Shown here: piece by piece, positions 1 through 9,608 of the stretch
Numbering within the stretch: the first letter of the stretch is position 1
How the letters are laid out: every line of letters starts with the position of its first letter
Virus record (IMG/VR): IMGVR_UViG_3300009151_000088
Coordinates: 1-55,887 of that record
Source: a virus
Taxonomy: Duplodnaviria > Caudoviricetes
Reading direction: 5' to 3' (one strand)
Length of the DNA: 55,887 bases
Made by a program: the position numbers and the translations under genes
The notes under the pieces: generated by a model
Told to the model about the DNA's origin: nothing
The model's database searches: none
Seen by the model: only the letters and a program-made list of their open reading frames with translations

Positions 1-1833
1 AAATATTCCAACGCCACCACCACCACCAGCACCAGTGCCAAATGCACTTGAGCCGGCACCGCCACCACCACCACCTCCGGCGCCGGATCCACCATTCCCC
101 GAGAAGGTGTTACCACCGGCACCACCATTACCTGTATATCCGCCGGCACCGCCGCCGGCACCACCACCGCCCGTTCCTAAGCCACTGGAACTTCCGCCCG
201 AGAAGCCCGAGCCCGCTCCGCCATTGCCTCCACTGCCGCCGCCCTGAGAAGTAATAGAAGCAGCCACAAAATAGCTGCCGCCGACACCGCCAGGGGTGCC
301 AGTAGCGCTGGTACCGGTACTGCCACCAAGTGCAGAAATTACATTAGTATTGCTAAAATAGCTAGTGCCGCCGGGTGCATTAAGGAAGCCTTGGCCAACT
401 ACAACAGTATAGACTGTACCGGGTGTAACTGGAATATTATTTCCCCATGCTAGGCCGCCACCGCCGCCACCGCCTTGGGCACCAGCAAGGCCACCGCCGC
501 CACCTGCACCAACACATACTACATTTACACTAGTAACGCCCGTTGGACAGGTCCATGTAGTAGTTCCGGGAGTAGTGAATGTTGCCGCTCCTGATACTGA
601 TATTGCTGTTGCCGAAATACGTGTCCACTGATATGCATAGGTAGGTGCAGGATATCCTGTCCATGTGCCAGTGGTAACAGATAATGTCTGTCCTACATAT
701 ATAGTTCCAGTGATTGCTGGAGCCACTGTATTTGTAGGTACTGTAGAAATTTCCAGAGTTGAATTTGAAAAGGTGCTACTACTTCCTAGTCCATTAGTAG
801 CAGTTACTCTTGCTCTAATCGTAGATGCTATATCGCCTATTACTGAGACATAAGTAGAAGCAGTAGCGCCTGCAATATCAGTAGTTCCTCGTTGCCATTG
901 ATAGGTAAATGTAGGAGTAGGGTATCCTACCCATAAACCATCATATATTGATAGCGTGCCACCTAATACAATAGAACCAGATACAATTGGAGCAAACGTA
1001 TTAATAGGAGGACCTGAGATGATTCCAGTATAGTTTGACGAAGTTGTATGATATGCACCACGTGTATTAGTGGCTCTTACTAAGCAATTTAATATATATC
1101 CTGCATCGATACCTTGAATTATATAGGTACTGGCTGTTGATGTTGTTATAACAACATTGGTCCTATACCATTGATATGTAAATGTAAGTGCAGTATCAGC
1201 AGTCCATGTGCCTGTAGTTACACTCAGTGTAGATCCAATTGACTGTGTTCCACTCAATACAGGAGGTGATATGTTTATCGGAGCGCCAGCAATAACGGCT
1301 GTGCTGGTGCTTTTACTAATTGTACTTTCTGCTCCACTGCTGGCAATTACCAAACATCTTAATTTAAAGTTTTCATCTGCTGGGTCTATGTAATATGTGC
1401 TACTAGTTGCACCATCTATATTAACTGTGCCTCGTTGCCATTGATAGCTAAAACTAATACTATCTCCGTACCACGTACCTGTACTAACAGTTAGAAATTG
1501 TCCAACAAATGGAACGCCGGTAATTACAGGTAATGCTCCGTGGTTAACAAGTTCAGTAGATAGTGCGTCTGATGCTATTGAATACTCTTGGTACCAAGAT
1601 GTGGCATTGTTAATTTTTGGAGCATAGGTTACTACAGTGGTACCATCTGCTAAAGGGGCAACAACAGTGCCCGTATTAATGATCCAGGTAGATGACCCTT
1701 GATTTTCACTGTTGATTAAAATGTTTTTAAATGAGCCGCCATCAAAGCCTCGACCACTAAAATTGGAAAGAGGTGTAATAATTTGTTTGCCTAAAGGAAA
1801 GCCGGGCGCAGGAAATCGAATAGTAATGGGCAT
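1..1833 (-). CDS. Virion/tail protein with 3-4 Ig-like repeats followed by a glycine-rich domain (3' end runs off the window)
   Basis: Not in the ORF track because there is no stop in the window. Open frame from ATG 1833 (MPITIRFPAPGFPLGK) to base 1. Repeated P.(I/L)(S/T)G....G..L....G.W.......YQW.R units, then VVCVGAGGGG...GGGGGGL and poly-Gly. TAAATA lies 5 nt upstream of the ATG. Confidence 0.85.
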   Translation of the reverse strand, partial: MPITIRFPAPGFPLGKQIITPLSNFSGRGFDGGSFKNILINSENQGSSTWIINTGTVVAPLADGTTVVTYAPKINNATSWYQEYSIASDALSTELVNHGALPVITGVPFVGQFLTVSTGTWYGDSISFSYQWQRGTVNIDGATSSTYYIDPADENFKLRCLVIASSGAESTISKSTSTAVIAGAPINISPPVLSGTQSIGSTLSVTTGTWTADTALTFTYQWYRTNVVITTSTASTYIIQGIDAGYILNCLVRATNTRGAYHTTSSNYTGIISGPPINTFAPIVSGSIVLGGTLSIYDGLWVGYPTPTFTYQWQRGTTDIAGATASTYVSVIGDIASTIRARVTATNGLGSSSTFSNSTLEISTVPTNTVAPAITGTIYVGQTLSVTTGTWTGYPAPTYAYQWTRISATAISVSGAATFTTPGTTTWTCPTGVTSVNVVCVGAGGGGGLAGAQGGGGGGGLAWGNNIPVTPGTVYTVVVGQGFLNAPGGTSYFSNTNVISALGGSTGTSATGTPGGVGGSYFVAASITSQGGGSGGNGGAGSGFSGGSSSGLGTGGGGAGGGAGGYTGNGGAGGNTFSGNGGSGAGGGGGGGAGSSAFGTGAGGGGGVGIF

Positions 1834-1847
1834 GTGAATATTTACCT

Positions 1848-1881
1848 AAAAAAATAGCCGCCTAAAAAGAGCGGCTATTTT
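1848..1881 (-). terminator. Intrinsic terminator (possibly bidirectional)
   Basis: Stem AAAATAGCCGC (1851-1861)/GCGGCTATTTT (1871-1881) with a U-run on the minus strand, just after the stop of 1897..5736. Confidence 0.85.
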
Positions 1882-1896
1882 ATGTTGCTTAATTAA

Positions 1897-4800
1897 TTAA
1901 GCAGGTAAAGCCCAACGGAAGTTATTAACAAACGTACTTGCCGCACCTGATGTAGCCTGAGTGTTAGTATCTTCCAAACTTCTCCAAGACTGTTGAGGTC
2001 CTGTTGTAGCATTCTGTAAGGTAGTAAATCTGTATGTTACAACAGTTTGCTGTCCAGACAATGCACCGGCTGTTGGAGGAGTACCAATGACCCAGTGATC
2101 CTTAGCACTCTGTGTTGAATCATAGAACGAGTTACTATCAACTGTGATACTTACAGTATCCATTAATGTACCCAATGCGCTCGGTAGAACTTTCAATCCG
2201 TAAATACGTCCGCGGATATCAGGATCGTATGCTGGTCCAAGAACAACTACAGGACTAAACATGAAACGCTTGCTGTTATATACGTTAGTATACACAGGAA
2301 CAATCTGCCCCATGTGGATCTGAGGTACTGAGTTAGTTGGTTGAATTGGTAATGCATTGTTTGCCAATGTACCAGGGCTGGTATAAGAACCAGTAGCACC
2401 AAATTCAACTGTATGGCCCCAACGTCCAGTGGTAATAGTTGCCGCACTGTAAATGTGGGCATTAATACCAACTAGGTCGCCTACGGAGTTACGTACACGT
2501 GGAGTAGCAAAAATACCACCATGGATTGGATATAGAGAAGCTACTGGTAATGTAGCATTCTGCGCTGATCCAACTGGGAATCTGTTACTATTAAAGTACG
2601 CAAAGCATGGCCACGGAGCAATACCAGGAATATACTGGATTGACTGTGAGAAACCAGCCGCTGTGGTGTTAGTTGGTGCACCGGAGAAACCCTGTGCCAA
2701 CTGTGAGCCACCTACTAGTGTTGAGTAAACAATACCTGCACTAGTTCCAAGTCCACTACCAGTATCTTCTGGTTGAGCACGTTCAAACTCAATAACACCC
2801 TGCCATTGCGTTTGGATGTTTGAGTAGCTCTTACCTTGTAGTACAAAGTAACGTGGGTTAGCAAATAGATACAAGTATCCACCTGTGGTCTGTGTCAATG
2901 ACTGAATGTCAAAAACACCGTTTAGACCAAACACAGTAGTTGCACCAAGACCTGATGTATAAGACTGTGACATAGTGTATGCAGAGTTAGCTAGACCTTG
3001 TGTACCCTGAGCAGATGTTAATGCTGTAATACTGTTACCAGCAGTTCCCTGAGCTTGCATGGATGTAGTGATTGAACCAGTAATTGGGCTACCAACAGTA
3101 AATGCTGTTGTAGTTTGTGTACCAACTACCATAGTGCCACCAGACTGATCAGACATGTTAATACCAACGCCGTGTGCGCCGCCATAAGCTGCCGCCCAAC
3201 GCTCATATACTGGAGTTGCAATACCAGCAGTAGCTGCCGCAATAGTACCAGTACCTGTGGTCAACACCTGTGTGTTAGATAGCAGTGGCCAGTAACGAAT
3301 ACCAAAATACTTACGATCGTTACTGGTGTTTAATAACGGCACTGCGTCAGCACTCTTGTTAGGCGCACTGTATACATACTCAATAAAGTCTGCACTGTGA
3401 GCCATGAAGAACACCAACGGTGGGTTATTGGCTGCAACACCAGTGGAGTATACTGGATGCCTAATTGGAGTACCTAATGTGATCAAGTTACCAGTAATGG
3501 CCGCAATATATGTGTACAACGGAACACTTCTGTACAACGGTGTTGGACCAGTTACAGTTACAGCCGCATGTACTACCATACTGGTATCACTGTTAATTGC
3601 AATAACAACTAAATGTTGTCCAGCAATAATAATTTCTGCACCAATGTGTAGCTGTGTTGTAAACTGTGTGTTAAGACCAGTTAGTGTAGTGGTTGCCACA
3701 GCACTGTTAATTTGTCCAGTTAGGGCGATCGGAGCACCACCAGCGCCACTGATCTTAATAAAGTGGTTAGGTAATGCAGTGTTAGTAAACGGAACCGCTG
3801 ACACTAAAATCTGTGTAGCACCAATATCATACAACACGCTGGTTGTTGCAGTAATGCTGGTTAATTGGCTCCACTTAATACCTTGAGTGGCTGTTGACAA
3901 ACCGTAGTATGATTGGCCCGGGCCGCCTTCACGTGTACCTTCTAATACAAAACCGTGTAGTTTACGTTTCTTGTAAACTTGTAAAGCATTAGGAGTGTGT
4001 GAAAAGTCTTGTGTTAAACGGAAAGCTGTTGTGCTTGTATTAACAATCTGTGCAATAGTAACTTCAGTACCGTCAATGATCAAATCATCACCTTGACGAA
4101 TTTCAGTTTGTACCACGTTAGAAATTGTAGCAGGGAATGCACTCATTGTGATGTAAGATTCATCACGTTTGAATGATGATCCAAAATAAGTTTGACGTAA
4201 CACGTTAGTTGCAACACCGCTGTAACCAGCATAATCTGTGGTATAACCATAGTTAGTAGCCGCTGTAGGAATACTAGAACTCAATGTACCAGTAAGTGTG
4301 TTAAAGTTCAAAGTTCTTAGTTCATCACCAATCCATACTTGGTCACCTGTTTGTAGGTCCCATAGGAAGTTAGTACCAGTACCTCGAACAGCACTAACAG
4401 TGGTAGCGGAAGTAGCTATCGTTGTTGGTTGTGTGGTCAAATATGTTCCAGCACCGCCTGGTGTGTAGAAGAAGCCTGATTGAGCAACGATTGCGGTAGT
4501 AACTGTTGAGCTAATTGTAGCAGAGTTACCAACAATACCAGTGACATATGTACCAGTTTGAATACCTAGTAATGGAGCACCGTTACCAGATATTAGTTGA
4601 CCTACAACAATTGCTGTGCTTGATGACACAGAAATAGTGCTTGTACCTAGTTCAGCGTTGATCGGAGACTGTGTAATTGCAGTACCTAGACCACCAAATT
4701 CTTGTGCTGAAATAAGTGTACCGGCAGTAAGTGCTACAGTACCTTGCCAGATGTTATATATTGTTGCACCATTGGGTATAAATGCGCTTGGTGCAGTTAC

Positions 4801-5736
4801 CTGCATTCTGTTAGTACCAGTACTTAGAGCAGTAAAAGACCACTGTGTGGTAGCGTTAGTACCATTGGAAATAGTACCACGAGGGAATGTTTTGTAACGC
4901 AGGTTACTGTCAGTAAAGTCCATAGGAGTATTAACTGTCATAATTGTGTTGCTGGCAATACCAGTAACAGTACGTAGACGTCCGTTAATCTGAATCTTAC
5001 GACCAATTACACCGTTCTGTGCTTTGGCAATAGTAGCACCTGCGGCGATAGCTGTTGCTGGAGGAGTAACTAGGGTAGCCGCACCGTCACCTGTTACGGT
5101 GTTGATAATAAAATATTGTGTTCTACCGTTTAGGGTAACAGCAATAGAATCGCCTGGATATAGTCCGTTTTGTGCGCCTTGTTGTGCTACAAAACTTGTA
5201 GTAGAACCTGTTACGTTACCGGCAGTATCAATGGCCACTGTACCTGCCACAGTCTGTAATGTCACTGAGTTTGTTGCATCTGACAAGAAGAATGTACCAA
5301 CGCCTGTAACTTGTTGAGAACCAGCTACACAGTATACTCTACCGTTAGTAGCTCCCCTTATTTGGAATGTTGCGTTGGTAGCAGTAGTAATACCAGTTAA
5401 CAAGTTGTTGGTAGTATTAAGTACTTTAACAGCACTGGCAATAACAGTGGCTGTGGTATAAGCAATAGTAACTTCAAGTGCTGTATCACTAGTAACACTG
5501 GCTACAGTTTTAGGAACGCCTGCGATCATGATTACAAAACCAGCTTCTACCTGTGTGGTAAATGCGGTTCCTACACCAGTAACTGTGGTACCAGAACACG
5601 TTACAGTTCCTTGTAACGTATCATTTCTGATCCATCCGTCTAGCGCGGCTAGTGTAGGCCAAAGGTCTGCACCAGTTGTAGATGGCCCGTATGATAAGGC
5701 TGCGCTGTTTCTACCAAGTTCGTTAAGTGTTGCCAT
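1897..5736 (-). CDS. Large virion structural/tail-fibre-like protein (1279 aa)
   Basis: SD AGGAG upstream. Thr/Gly-rich, with recurring (V/L)TG.GT.F......G..I.I.G motifs typical of phage tail spike/fibre repeats. Confidence 0.75.
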   Translation of the reverse strand: MATLNELGRNSAALSYGPSTTGADLWPTLAALDGWIRNDTLQGTVTCSGTTVTGVGTAFTTQVEAGFVIMIAGVPKTVASVTSDTALEVTIAYTTATVIASAVKVLNTTNNLLTGITTATNATFQIRGATNGRVYCVAGSQQVTGVGTFFLSDATNSVTLQTVAGTVAIDTAGNVTGSTTSFVAQQGAQNGLYPGDSIAVTLNGRTQYFIINTVTGDGAATLVTPPATAIAAGATIAKAQNGVIGRKIQINGRLRTVTGIASNTIMTVNTPMDFTDSNLRYKTFPRGTISNGTNATTQWSFTALSTGTNRMQVTAPSAFIPNGATIYNIWQGTVALTAGTLISAQEFGGLGTAITQSPINAELGTSTISVSSSTAIVVGQLISGNGAPLLGIQTGTYVTGIVGNSATISSTVTTAIVAQSGFFYTPGGAGTYLTTQPTTIATSATTVSAVRGTGTNFLWDLQTGDQVWIGDELRTLNFNTLTGTLSSSIPTAATNYGYTTDYAGYSGVATNVLRQTYFGSSFKRDESYITMSAFPATISNVVQTEIRQGDDLIIDGTEVTIAQIVNTSTTAFRLTQDFSHTPNALQVYKKRKLHGFVLEGTREGGPGQSYYGLSTATQGIKWSQLTSITATTSVLYDIGATQILVSAVPFTNTALPNHFIKISGAGGAPIALTGQINSAVATTTLTGLNTQFTTQLHIGAEIIIAGQHLVVIAINSDTSMVVHAAVTVTGPTPLYRSVPLYTYIAAITGNLITLGTPIRHPVYSTGVAANNPPLVFFMAHSADFIEYVYSAPNKSADAVPLLNTSNDRKYFGIRYWPLLSNTQVLTTGTGTIAAATAGIATPVYERWAAAYGGAHGVGINMSDQSGGTMVVGTQTTTAFTVGSPITGSITTSMQAQGTAGNSITALTSAQGTQGLANSAYTMSQSYTSGLGATTVFGLNGVFDIQSLTQTTGGYLYLFANPRYFVLQGKSYSNIQTQWQGVIEFERAQPEDTGSGLGTSAGIVYSTLVGGSQLAQGFSGAPTNTTAAGFSQSIQYIPGIAPWPCFAYFNSNRFPVGSAQNATLPVASLYPIHGGIFATPRVRNSVGDLVGINAHIYSAATITTGRWGHTVEFGATGSYTSPGTLANNALPIQPTNSVPQIHMGQIVPVYTNVYNSKRFMFSPVVVLGPAYDPDIRGRIYGLKVLPSALGTLMDTVSITVDSNSFYDSTQSAKDHWVIGTPPTAGALSGQQTVVTYRFTTLQNATTGPQQSWRSLEDTNTQATSGAASTFVNNFRWALPA

Positions 5737-5810
5737 TTATTTTTTCTCCTAATTGTCAGATCTATCTAACATGGTTTCTTGTGTTTATTTAGCTTTTTTG
5801 AATTTTTCAA

Positions 5811-6563
5811 TTAAGAATTCAGTAAAGCCAGCGTGAAATTTAACCCTGATCCCGATACTATACTTACTGCTAAGTAGTCGTCAGGAGTTATTCTAAAATT
5901 AAGTCCTGTGATTCTAGCACGAAAACTGTTTGCAGGAATTGTGTAAAAACCTAGTAACTCATTGTTTCTATACAAAGCCGCAGTTAAACTTCCGTAGCAC
6001 ATTTCACCATTTGTTAACTGAATTCCTCGAATATAATCAGTATACGAAGGCACAAAAATTGCTGTTCCTGTCAAAGGTGCATCAAAGCTGTTCAGCACAT
6101 TAAAAGTTTTAATTAAATTTGCGCCTGCTGCCGCTGTTGATTCAATTGTAACAGTATTTGTTACAGAAGAACTAGCAATAGTAACGCCCTGACCAGCAAC
6201 TAAATGAATAGTGTCGTCTTTTGCCGGAGATAAAACACTGCCGCCTATATCCCAATATCTAAATCCATAGCCGCCGCTGAACCCTACTTTAACCTCGCCG
6301 TTGTCTAGATTAGTGAGTGTAAAGCCTTCGTCTTGATTAAATTTAATTGTTGATACAGGACTAACTGTGGCTACTGTACTAGTACCAGCAACTAGTCCTA
6401 GACTTAGCTGTGATAGCACAACCATTGAAGTTGAAGTGCCCACAGTTTTGGCAAAAAACAATTTACCGTCTGTGGTGTTTAGGGCTAGTTCACCGTTTTT
6501 TAAATCAGTGGTTAACGGTACCTTTCCAGGTACATCACTGCGTTTTAATTTAAATGTTGTCAT
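5811..6563 (-). CDS. Tail-fibre-associated protein (250 aa)
   Basis: N-terminal KLKRS..PGKVP...L..GELALNT.DGKLF module common to fibre proteins. Shares an internal module with 8394..9092. Confidence 0.7.
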   Translation of the reverse strand: MTTFKLKRSDVPGKVPLTTDLKNGELALNTTDGKLFFAKTVGTSTSMVVLSQLSLGLVAGTSTVATVSPVSTIKFNQDEGFTLTNLDNGEVKVGFSGGYGFRYWDIGGSVLSPAKDDTIHLVAGQGVTIASSSVTNTVTIESTAAAGANLIKTFNVLNSFDAPLTGTAIFVPSYTDYIRGIQLTNGEMCYGSLTAALYRNNELLGFYTIPANSFRARITGLNFRITPDDYLAVSIVSGSGLNFTLALLNS

Positions 6564-6566
6564 TTA

Positions 6567-8381
6567 TTAATACGAACCGCCATCTAATTCAGCCCAGTAT
6601 ACACCATTACCATTTGGATTAACTTGCAGTACTTGACCCGCTAATCCCATGGCTAATACTTGTAGAGATCCGGTAGTACCTAGTAATATATCACCATAGT
6701 TAAATGTTGTTCGTCCTGTACCACCGTAGTTTGTAGCCACGGTGTCTGCTTTCCATGTACCTTGACTGATTTCACCAACTGTAACAATGGATGTTTGACC
6801 AGTATAAGAGTTAGAAATATCTATGGCATCAGCACTGACTACAATTCTGTTGCTAGTACCAACAACTTCAAAGCTGTTACCGTTTAATACAAGTCCGCCG
6901 CCTGCAAGGAATGTACCTGCACCCGAAAACTGTTGGAATATGATTGGACTAGTACCTATATTCGTAGTAACTTCAGTTTGAACCCAACCGGTGTCACCGT
7001 TTCTAGTACCGTTGACTACGAATACGAAATCGCCGCCACTAATTTCTATAACAGTTTGGAAATCATCAGCTCGAGTTAATAATGAAGTAGCAGTTGAAGA
7101 CCATACATATATACCGTTACTAGATGTGGTTGCTTCATTTTTAACTAAAATTCTATTTTTATCTAATAGTGTATATCCGTCAAGTATGGTCAACGGGTTG
7201 CTCAATGCAATAGTGGTAGTAGTATAAGTTACTGTACCGCCAATGATCAGAGCCAATGATTGTGTAGTGGCCGCATCTGCGGTAGCATGAATGTGTAATC
7301 CACTAGCGGCGGCGTCAACATAGGCTTTAGTGGCCGCATCTGTATCATTTTTAGGAGCGGCCAATCCAGTAATTCGTGTATTGTTTACATTGACTGTGCC
7401 TAGGCCTGTTGGTACTAGATCAATTGTTGTGTCAGTACCAATTGCGCTGATTGTAGAAGCGTTGACATTGATGTTACCAACTGTGGCTTGTCCTGTAATA
7501 GTTAGTTTGTTTGTGCCATCATCAAATCTAAAATTGTTAGAATCTTTTAGAGCTCCACTGGCTCCTACATATACAATTCTAGCAGTGGTAAGATCTGTTA
7601 CTCTTAATTGTTTACCACTACTAACAACAACGGCTCCTGTGCCATTTGGAGTTAATGTTATATTTCCATCAGTATCAGTAGAGCTAATAACATTGCCATT
7701 GATATCAATATTATCAACCTGCAACTCACCGGTAATTGATACTTTACCTGTGCCTGTGTTGATTGTAAAATTACTGCTATCAACTAATAGGCCGTTGGCC
7801 CCGGCAAATGTTATCCTATTACTGGTTAAATTAGTTGCTTGTAGGTCAGCACCTTTAACTTTAGCACTAGCAATTACATTGACTGTACCTAGTGTGTTTG
7901 TGGCTGTGCTGAATGTAAGATTGGCATTGTCAGTTAATTCATTAGCCGAGCCTACAAATGGAACTCGTGTTGCTGTTAAATCTTCTACAATTAACTTGGC
8001 ACCAGTTTTTACAATTACATTACCCGATCCATTTGGATCAAGAATGATATTGCCGTTAGTGTCAGTTGAACTAATTGTATTACCTGTTAACTTTAGATTG
8101 TTAACAAATAACTCATTGATTTTCTTATCGGCATCAACTAGAATTGCACTGTCTGCGACTAATGTACCACGAGTGTGGTCCATCATATCGGTAAAATACT
8201 TACCGCCAATTACATAGTGATTTACAGCATTACCGCCAGTTTCAGTGCCTATACCAACATATAGTCTGTCACCACCATTGCTGTCATTATTGGTCAGCGC
8301 AGAATAAGCTAACTCGCCTGCACCTAACGTGCCCGGGTTACCCGCGGTCTGCGATCGCTTAATTCTAATTATTGATGCCAT
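6567..8381 (-). CDS. Tail fibre protein (604 aa)
   Basis: N-terminal IRIKRS...G.P..L.AGELA module, repeated GN.ISSTDT.GNI.L.PNG.G.V units, a DAATKAYVD motif and C-terminal ELDGGSY. Confidence 0.8.
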   Translation of the reverse strand: MASIIRIKRSQTAGNPGTLGAGELAYSALTNNDSNGGDRLYVGIGTETGGNAVNHYVIGGKYFTDMMDHTRGTLVADSAILVDADKKINELFVNNLKLTGNTISSTDTNGNIILDPNGSGNVIVKTGAKLIVEDLTATRVPFVGSANELTDNANLTFSTATNTLGTVNVIASAKVKGADLQATNLTSNRITFAGANGLLVDSSNFTINTGTGKVSITGELQVDNIDINGNVISSTDTDGNITLTPNGTGAVVVSSGKQLRVTDLTTARIVYVGASGALKDSNNFRFDDGTNKLTITGQATVGNINVNASTISAIGTDTTIDLVPTGLGTVNVNNTRITGLAAPKNDTDAATKAYVDAAASGLHIHATADAATTQSLALIIGGTVTYTTTTIALSNPLTILDGYTLLDKNRILVKNEATTSSNGIYVWSSTATSLLTRADDFQTVIEISGGDFVFVVNGTRNGDTGWVQTEVTTNIGTSPIIFQQFSGAGTFLAGGGLVLNGNSFEVVGTSNRIVVSADAIDISNSYTGQTSIVTVGEISQGTWKADTVATNYGGTGRTTFNYGDILLGTTGSLQVLAMGLAGQVLQVNPNGNGVYWAELDGGSY

Positions 8382-8393
8382 GCGCTGTGTCCT

Positions 8394-9092
8394 TTAAAAT
8401 TCACCGCCGTCTATAACTTGTATAGACAACTCTCTTTTTGTATCCCACCTGCTAGCGCCTTCATTATAAACCAGCAAAGAACCATTTGACAGTGTAGTAC
8501 TATTAACATCGGGAATGTCTATAACTTTATTTATTACAGCCCCTTGCGTTACGGAGATGGTACCATCTGGCGTGATATTAATATTGTTGCCAGGTTTTAC
8601 ACCACCTAATGTAGCAGTAGTAGCAGGTAATACTGAAAAAGTAACTGTTTGCGTAGAAGCATTAGGGTCTGTGGTAATCCCAATGCCTGATCCTGCGGCA
8701 AGTTTTACATGATCAATGCCTTCCGCAGTTAAATGTTCTTGTCCATCAACGTGCCAGTACTTGAACGTTGAGTTCATGCTGATCTTGACTTCGCCGCTGC
8801 CTAGGTCAACGACATCAAAGCCTGCATCTGAATCAAATCTTAGTTTTGTAACATTGGTTACGATGTTACTCAGTGTGTAATCTGGACCGATTAAACTAAC
8901 TGTAAGTGGTATGCTAGTACCAGTACTGCCTCCACCACCTGAAAATGTTAATTGACGACCGCCCGGAGTAACGTCATCTCCAATGCGGAGATCCCCCAGT
9001 GTTTCATCATACCAAATTGTACCGTATGGACCTACCCAATTGTTTGAAGCAACTGTAATTACCCTACCAGCTTCTATTTTTCTAATAGGCAT
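8394..9092 (-). CDS. Tail-fibre-associated protein (232 aa)
   Basis: LRIGD..TPGG and AT..TLGGVK.G.NI.I..DGTIS fibre motifs, C-terminal IDGGEF, SD GGAG. Confidence 0.7.
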   Translation of the reverse strand: MPIRKIEAGRVITVASNNWVGPYGTIWYDETLGDLRIGDDVTPGGRQLTFSGGGGSTGTSIPLTVSLIGPDYTLSNIVTNVTKLRFDSDAGFDVVDLGSGEVKISMNSTFKYWHVDGQEHLTAEGIDHVKLAAGSGIGITTDPNASTQTVTFSVLPATTATLGGVKPGNNINITPDGTISVTQGAVINKVIDIPDVNSTTLSNGSLLVYNEGASRWDTKRELSIQVIDGGEF

Positions 9093-9111
9093 CTAGTTCT
9101 CTCCGGTGCCT

Positions 9112-9357
9112 TTACGGCAATTCTTTGGTTTCTGGGTCTACCTCATCTTGAGTAAGATCGTGAATTATAGGACTATTTTTGCCTACTTCTGCTTTTTGCA
9201 ATTCAATCTGTTGCTGTAATGGAGGAACCATTACAGGATCTTCTTTGGGTTTAGAAGGATCAATGGGTGCATCATTGCCCATGTCAATTTCAGGCTGGCC
9301 GTCACCATTAATACGGATATTAATGGGTATGTTTATTGTAAATTCTCTGGCTCTCAT
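9112..9357 (-). CDS. Hypothetical small protein (81 aa), possible head-associated protein
   Basis: Clean ORF. TAAATA 7 nt upstream of the ATG. N-terminus MRAREF. Confidence 0.7.
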   Translation of the reverse strand: MRAREFTINIPINIRINGDGQPEIDMGNDAPIDPSKPKEDPVMVPPLQQQIELQKAEVGKNSPIIHDLTQDEVDPETKELP

Positions 9358-9370
9358 AGTTTAGTATTTA

Positions 9371-9476
9371 GTTCCGCTTACTTTATACGGAGTCAAGTAC
9401 GCCTGACAGTTCAATTGCGCGGACGCCTGTAGCGAGCGAGCTCGCTTCCGTGACGACAACGGATCCTAAGGTGGAT
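9371..9476 (+). ncRNA. Putative structured RNA with a 23S rRNA H67-H70-like segment
   Basis: GC-rich intergenic stretch. Stems: TCCGC/GCGGA (9373-77/9419-23), GTCA..TGAC hairpin, AGCGAG/CTCGCT (9431-46), TCCGT-GACGACA-ACGGA (9447-63), CGCCT/AGGTG (9424-28/9469-73). GACGCCTG...CCGT-n7-ACGG-(A)TCCTAAGGT follows the order of the conserved 23S sequence. Strand is inferred from the rRNA similarity; no clear plus-strand promoter was seen. Confidence 0.6.
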
Positions 9477-9606
9477 TCTTTTCAAAGTATTCTGGGTAGG
9501 GTATACCTACCATACCCCATCCAAATTTAGCCAATCCTTCAAGCAGGGCTGTAGGGATTGCGAGGACGGTCTGTGCCATCATCTTCTGGATAAACTGGAT
9601 ATTCAT
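9466..9606 (-). CDS. Possible small hydrophobic protein (46 aa; MNIQFIQKMMAQTVLAIPTALLEGLAKFGWGMVGIPYPEYFEKNPP)
   Basis: ATG immediately after the nuclease stop (TGA TA ATG). Below the ORF-track cutoff. An overlapping 34-aa frame (9539..9643) competes with it. Confidence 0.35.
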   Translation of the reverse strand: MNIQFIQKMMAQTVLAIPTALLEGLAKFGWGMVGIPYPEYFEKNPP

Positions 9607-9608
9607 TA

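Noticed and set aside
35-1393. Plus-strand Pro-rich, His/Arg-rich and Val-rich ORFs
   Set aside because: They are antisense shadows of the Gly/Thr-rich minus-strand gene 1..1833.
9422-9474. True rRNA gene fragment, I-CeuI-type homing site, or antisense RNA to 23S
   Set aside because: Similarity is limited to short blocks with H68 replaced, so it is not an rRNA gene. The homing-site sequence is interrupted and no LAGLIDADG gene is present. The minus strand would pair to 23S with several non-wobble mismatches and a bulge.
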